This document shows, piece by piece, positions 17,234 to 21,353 of a DNA stretch of 21,353 bases. Below the pieces are notes generated by a model. The model was given only the letters and a program-made list of their open reading frames with translations. It did not search any database and was not told the origin of the DNA. Source of the DNA: an uncultured bacterium (GTDB taxonomy: Bacteria > SAR324 > NAC60-12); contig CBFIJD010000045.1 of NCBI GenBank assembly GCA_965662845.1, positions 1 through 21,353 on the forward strand. Direction: 5' to 3'. The first letter of the stretch is position 1, and each line of letters starts with the position of its first letter. The position numbers and the translations under genes are program-made.

Positions 17234-17290
17234 GCGTGACTCTCGTCCTGTTCGCCCCTTTTCTTGAAATCTCGCTGTTTGTCTTCCTTC

Positions 17291-19261
17291 ATGAGTGAAC
17301 TTCGCCCCCTGCTGGATCAAAATTTTTTGGAATATGCGTCCTACGTGATCCGTGAGCGCGCCATTCCTGACGTGGAAGACGGCCTGAAGCCCGTCCAACG
17401 ACGCATCCTGCACACGATGTTCAAGATGGACGACGGCAAGTTCAACAAGGTCGCCAACATCGTCGGGGAGACCATGAAGCTGCACCCTCATGGTGACGCG
17501 TCGATTAGCTCCGCCTTGGTTGTGATCGCAAACAAAGAATATTTCATCGACAAACAGGGCAACTTCGGGAACCCCTCCACCGGCGATCCCGCCTCCGCCG
17601 CTCGCTATATCGAAGCCCGCTTGACCCCCCTCGCGAAAGAAGTGCTCTTCAACCCTGACCTCACCGAGACCGTGGAGAGCTATGACGGGCGCAACCAAGA
17701 GCCCGTCCGCCTGCCCTGCAAAATCCCCGCGACGTTGCTGCTGGGCGCCGAAGGCATCGCTGTCGGGATGTCAACGCGCATTTTGCCCCACAACTTCAAT
17801 GAGGTTTTAGAAGCGCAGATCGCCTACTTGGAAGAGCGCGCTTTCGAGCTGTTCCCCGACTTCCTCAGCGGAGGGCTGCTGGATGTCACCCAATACAAAG
17901 ACGGGAACGGCAAAGTGCGCAGTCGCGCTAGCATCGAACAAGTTGATGAGAAAACGTTAGTTGTGCGAGAGTTACCATTTGGGGTCACCACAGAATCTCT
18001 GATCCAATCGCTGCAAGACGCCGTCAACAAGGGGAAGTTCAAACTTAGTCAAATCAACGATTTTACTACAGAGAAAGTCGAGATTGAGCTGCGACTGCCG
18101 CGCGGGGTCAACGCCGACCAAATGCTGAAGCCGCTGTATGCGTTTACGCAGTGCGAAGTCTCTTTGTCGACAAACCTGTTGGTGATTCGTGAGAACCAGC
18201 CCACGCAGATGACGACTAGCGAAGTCATTCGGCACAACACGGATCGACTCGTTGCGCTGCTGCGAAAAGAGCTGCACCAACAGCTTCACAAGCTGCGGGA
18301 GCAGTGGCACCACAAAAAAATGGAGCAGTTTTTTGTTACGGAGCAGATCTATCGCCAATTAGAAGATTGTGAGACATATCCAGAGGTTTTACAGACCGTC
18401 GAGAAGGCCATGCACCCCTTGGCAGCGAGCTTACAACGGCGCATGTCGCGGGAAGACTTTGAGAAGCTGTTGGGGCTGCAAATCAAGCGGCTATCTAAAT
18501 TTGATCGCAAACAAAGCGACCGCGAATTGAGCAAGCTGGAGCGAGAGATTCATCACGTCGAGCGACAGCTCAGTGATGTCGTGAAACATACGATCCTTTA
18601 CCTGAGGACGCTCCAAGCGAACTATGGAGAGCGCTATCCACGCCGGACAAAAATCCAGAGTTTTGATGAGATCCAACTGCGCGAAGTCGCGGAGAGTCGC
18701 CCGATCTTCTGGGACAAAAAAGGGGGCTATCTCGGCAGCCAAGTGGAAGGCAAAGAGGTCGCCGTCTGCACACAATATGACAAGTTAGTGCTCTTCACTA
18801 AGTCGCATCGCTATCAAGTGATCCGTATGCCTGAGAAGATGTTTGTGGGCAAGCACCTCTCCCAAGTCTTCAAAGAGCACCCCGAGACCATCTACAATAT
18901 CGTCTACACTCCCGAAGATGACGGGGTTTGTTTTGTGAAACGCTTCCAAATTTCTAAGTTTATTTTAGACAAAGAATACGAATTATTCCCAGAGTTCCCT
19001 AAAGCGAAAATCTTATACTTCAGCACAGGGCAAGGAATCTTTTTAGAGTATCACTTTGTTCCGCATGAACGACAGCGCAAGAGCAGAGAGTTTTTGCAGT
19101 TAGATGAACTCTTGATTAAGAATCCGCAGGCCCGAGGGAATCGTCTCTCTCCCAAGCCGATTCAGAGCATTCGTGAGATCAAAAAGCTCCCTGACGACCC
19201 GCAAATTGCGCTGTTAAATGAGAAGAGTGAGGCCCCTGACATCGTCAATTCTTCTGACTGA
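17291..19261 (+). CDS. parC: Type IIA topoisomerase subunit A, topoisomerase IV-like (divergent ParC of the kind seen in Bacteroidota, spirochaetes and chlamydiae)
   Basis: FLEYASYVIRERAIP, DGLKPVQRRIL, HPHGDAS, catalytic AARYIEARL, GIAVGMSTRILPHNF. 656 aa with a short C-terminal domain and no GyrA-box (QRRGGKG). Confidence 0.85.
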   Translation: MSELRPLLDQNFLEYASYVIRERAIPDVEDGLKPVQRRILHTMFKMDDGKFNKVANIVGETMKLHPHGDASISSALVVIANKEYFIDKQGNFGNPSTGDPASAARYIEARLTPLAKEVLFNPDLTETVESYDGRNQEPVRLPCKIPATLLLGAEGIAVGMSTRILPHNFNEVLEAQIAYLEERAFELFPDFLSGGLLDVTQYKDGNGKVRSRASIEQVDEKTLVVRELPFGVTTESLIQSLQDAVNKGKFKLSQINDFTTEKVEIELRLPRGVNADQMLKPLYAFTQCEVSLSTNLLVIRENQPTQMTTSEVIRHNTDRLVALLRKELHQQLHKLREQWHHKKMEQFFVTEQIYRQLEDCETYPEVLQTVEKAMHPLAASLQRRMSREDFEKLLGLQIKRLSKFDRKQSDRELSKLEREIHHVERQLSDVVKHTILYLRTLQANYGERYPRRTKIQSFDEIQLREVAESRPIFWDKKGGYLGSQVEGKEVAVCTQYDKLVLFTKSHRYQVIRMPEKMFVGKHLSQVFKEHPETIYNIVYTPEDDGVCFVKRFQISKFILDKEYELFPEFPKAKILYFSTGQGIFLEYHFVPHERQRKSREFLQLDELLIKNPQARGNRLSPKPIQSIREIKKLPDDPQIALLNEKSEAPDIVNSSD

Positions 19262-19310
19262 AGCTACATCGCTGCGTCTTTCTTTACACATTGAACCTAT
19301 TGAGGCCGGT

Positions 19311-20195
19311 ATGAATCGTATTGGTATTGACTTAGGCGGGACCAAAATTGAAGGCATTTTAAGCACCGACAACCCCACAGAGGTGCTGCAGCGCAAACGG
19401 ATTCCGACCCATCAGGAGAGAGGCTATGAACACATTTTGGCGAGCATCGTCGCGTTGATTGAGGAGCTGCGCGAGGCGAGCGACACTCCGGTGAAAATTG
19501 GGATGGGCATTCCGGGAGTGATGAATCAAAAAACGCGGTTAGTGCAACAAGCGAACACTCAATGCCTCATTGGCAAACCCTTGCAGCAAGATTTGTCAGC
19601 GCGCCTCCACCAAGCGGTCGCCATCGAGAATGACGCCAATTGCCTGGTGCTCAGCGAAGCCCTCTATGGGGCCGGCCAAGGATATGACTGTGTTGCCGGA
19701 GTCATCATGGGTACGGGAATGGGCGGCGGCGTTGTCGTCCACGGCAAGATTTGGACAGGCAAAACCGGCCTCGCCGGCGAGTGGGGACACGCTTCGATTG
19801 AAGAACCAGACGGTGAGTTGTGCTGGTGCGGGAGACGAGGCTGCGCAGAGACCTACCTGTCAGGGACAGGCATTCAGCGGATTTATCGCGAACACACAGG
19901 CACCGAGAAGAGCGTCCCTGAAATCTATGCGGGCTATCAGAAAAACGACGCGGGATGCCTAGAGGTGATGGACAAGGTGCTCAACTACTTCGCGCGCTCT
20001 ATGACGAACATTTTGGTGACCTTGGAGCCAGATGTGATTGTTCTGGCGGGGGGAGTCTCGAACCTGCCGCTGCTCTACACAGAGGGAGCACGCAGAACGC
20101 AAGAGCTGGTGTTTGGCACCCCAGAGACTCCGATTGTTCCCAACAAACTGGGAGACTCTACCGGAGTGCATGGGGCCGCGTTAGTCGCAGTGTAA
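19311..20195 (+). CDS. ROK-family sugar kinase (fructokinase/Mak-like)
   Basis: IGIDLGGTKIE, IENDANC, GTGMGGG, GEWGH, Zn motif CWCGRRGCAETYLSG, GGVSN. ATG at 19311 follows GAGG. Confidence 0.93.
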   Translation: MNRIGIDLGGTKIEGILSTDNPTEVLQRKRIPTHQERGYEHILASIVALIEELREASDTPVKIGMGIPGVMNQKTRLVQQANTQCLIGKPLQQDLSARLHQAVAIENDANCLVLSEALYGAGQGYDCVAGVIMGTGMGGGVVVHGKIWTGKTGLAGEWGHASIEEPDGELCWCGRRGCAETYLSGTGIQRIYREHTGTEKSVPEIYAGYQKNDAGCLEVMDKVLNYFARSMTNILVTLEPDVIVLAGGVSNLPLLYTEGARRTQELVFGTPETPIVPNKLGDSTGVHGAALVAV

Positions 20196-20202
20196 ATTTC
20201 CC

Positions 20203-20231
20203 TTGCAAAGCGACGCTCTTTCTCGTACTGT
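20203..20231 (+). promoter_or_regulatory. Sigma70-type promoter for the tRNA gene
   Basis: TTGCAA-N17-TACTGT followed by a GC-rich discriminator-like CTCCGGC, about 20 nt upstream of the tRNA. Confidence 0.55.
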
Positions 20232-20252
20232 CTCCGGCTTCCTTCCTATCTT

Positions 20253-20339
20253 GCTGAAGTGGTGGAATTGGTAGACACGCTGTCTTGAGGGGGCAGTGGG
20301 CGTATGCCCGTGGGGGTTCGAGTCCCCCCTTCAGCACCA
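20253..20339 (+). tRNA. tRNA-Leu, anticodon GAG
   Basis: Acceptor stem GCTGAAG/CTTCAGC, D-loop GGAATTGGTAGAC, anticodon arm CTGTC-TTGAGGG-GGCAG (GAG at 20287-20289), long variable arm GGGC-GTAT-GCCC, T arm GGGGG-TTCGAGT-CCCCC, discriminator A plus encoded CCA. Confidence 0.98.
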
Positions 20340-20536
20340 CATCGCTGAAATTCAACAACAATTTCAGTATCTTCCGAAAGTCCGTTCAGGACCATCTCGC
20401 TGATATTCCCGATATTCCAGAGCTTGAAGACTTTTTGGTCACTGTTTGACCGATGGTGATGAGAGGGGGTCTGCGATCGCGGAGAATTTTCGTACAATTT
20501 TGAAAACTCAGACATTCCCTTCATACAAATCAATCA

Positions 20537-20773
20537 ATGGAAATCACCGCATCTCAAGTTCAGCAAAGTTGGGGAAACCTCGCCTCTATGGTTTTCGTGC
20601 CCCATCGTGAAGAAGATTATCAGCGGTTGGTTGAAGTACTGGACAGATTGATTGACTTGGTTGGTGAGGACGAGTCTCACCCTTTGGCTTCCATGGTGGA
20701 AGTGGTTGGCGTTTTGGTTGCCAAGTACGAGGAGGAAGATGTCCCTGAGTTGGAAGAGGACGCTGTAGCTTAA
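20537..20773 (+). CDS. HigA-like antitoxin N-terminal domain only (no HTH); possibly a remnant
   Basis: PHREEDYQRLVEVLDRLIDLVGEDESHPLASMVEVVGVLVAKYEE resembles the N-terminal toxin-binding region of HigA-type antitoxins. The ORF stops before any HTH domain. Confidence 0.6.
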   Translation: MEITASQVQQSWGNLASMVFVPHREEDYQRLVEVLDRLIDLVGEDESHPLASMVEVVGVLVAKYEEEDVPELEEDAVA

Positions 20774-20939
20774 AAGAGCAGACCACCTCGTGACTGAATT
20801 ACTGGAGAAGACAAGCTCCAACTCTTCAGGAGGTCAAGCGCTTCCAGACTAGGAAATATTTAGTCTACAGCGATTTTTCTGATCATTTTTTCACATCAAA
20901 CCCGTCTTCCCATCGCAAGCCCCACAGCATCTTCCTTCT

Positions 20940-21353
20940 CTACTCCCACACGCCTTGCACTGGCAGGCCTGCTGCCTTCCATTCTGGGAAGCCCTCTTCA
21001 AAGCGTCGCACACGGAAGCCGAGCTTGCGCAGGCGCTCGGCCGCTTGATGAGACAGCACGCAATAGGGGCCTCGGCAGTAAGCGCAGAGCTCCCGATCCT
21101 CCGGCAGCTGATCTAGCAGGGATTCCAACTCATCCAAGGGGATGTTGATGGCATCGGGCAGATGCCCCGCTTGAAACTCTTCGGGCGTTCGAACATCCAG
21201 CAACGTGACAGAACCTGCTCGCAACCCCTCCAGAAGCTCTTCCCGAGAGAGCACCTCTAAGCTCCCGCTCGGATCATCCGAGCTGAAGAGCAAGCTCACC
21301 AGACGCTCCATTTCCGCGAGGTTTGTTTCCGCCACCTGCCTCAGCAGGTTCAT
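20940..21353 (-). CDS. Rhodanese domain protein, most likely the C-terminal part of an ArsR-family regulator-rhodanese fusion; 5'-partial
   Basis: LLDVRTPEEFQAGHLPDAINIPL, AYCRGPYCVLS and GFPEWKAAGLPV. The leading LRQVAETNLAEMERLV is the linker typical of ArsR-rhodanese fusions. The ORF runs to the window edge. Confidence 0.85.
   Translation of the reverse strand: MNLLRQVAETNLAEMERLVSLLFSSDDPSGSLEVLSREELLEGLRAGSVTLLDVRTPEEFQAGHLPDAINIPLDELESLLDQLPEDRELCAYCRGPYCVLSHQAAERLRKLGFRVRRFEEGFPEWKAAGLPVQGVWE

Noticed and set aside
20158..20533. Minus-strand ORFs across the tRNA (GGLEPPRAYAHCPLKTACLP)
   Set aside because: Well-known artefact of translating the antisense strand of a tRNA-Leu gene.
1..21353. 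CRISPR arrays, IS elements, long tandem repeats
   Set aside because: No regularly spaced repeats, transposase or integrase motifs were seen by eye.

Overview
GC-rich bacterial chromosomal segment of mostly unlinked genes; the host cannot be fixed from sequence, but a deltaproteobacterial/SAR324-like lineage is a tentative guess. In order: a 5'-truncated sensor histidine kinase; a stand-alone PfaC-type PUFA/long-chain fatty acid synthase subunit (KS-CLF-FabA-like DH domains); sulfur genes sseA and fccBA with a dyad-rich regulatory region; a beta-propeller lipoprotein; a 7TM-DISM histidine kinase followed by a degenerate HATPase remnant; a ParA ATPase coupled to an unknown non-ParB partner; MOSC and TlpA genes overlapping back to back; a photoactive yellow protein (pyp) gene with no chromophore-synthesis genes in the window; an orphan type IIA topoisomerase A subunit (ParC-like); a ROK kinase; tRNA-Leu(GAG). 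After the tRNA the DNA is AT-richer and island-like, with a truncated HigA-like gene and the 3' part of an ArsR-rhodanese fusion. The most notable items are the orphan PYP, the ParA plus novel partner pair, the split pfa system and the interlocked MOSC/TlpA/PYP gene junctions.
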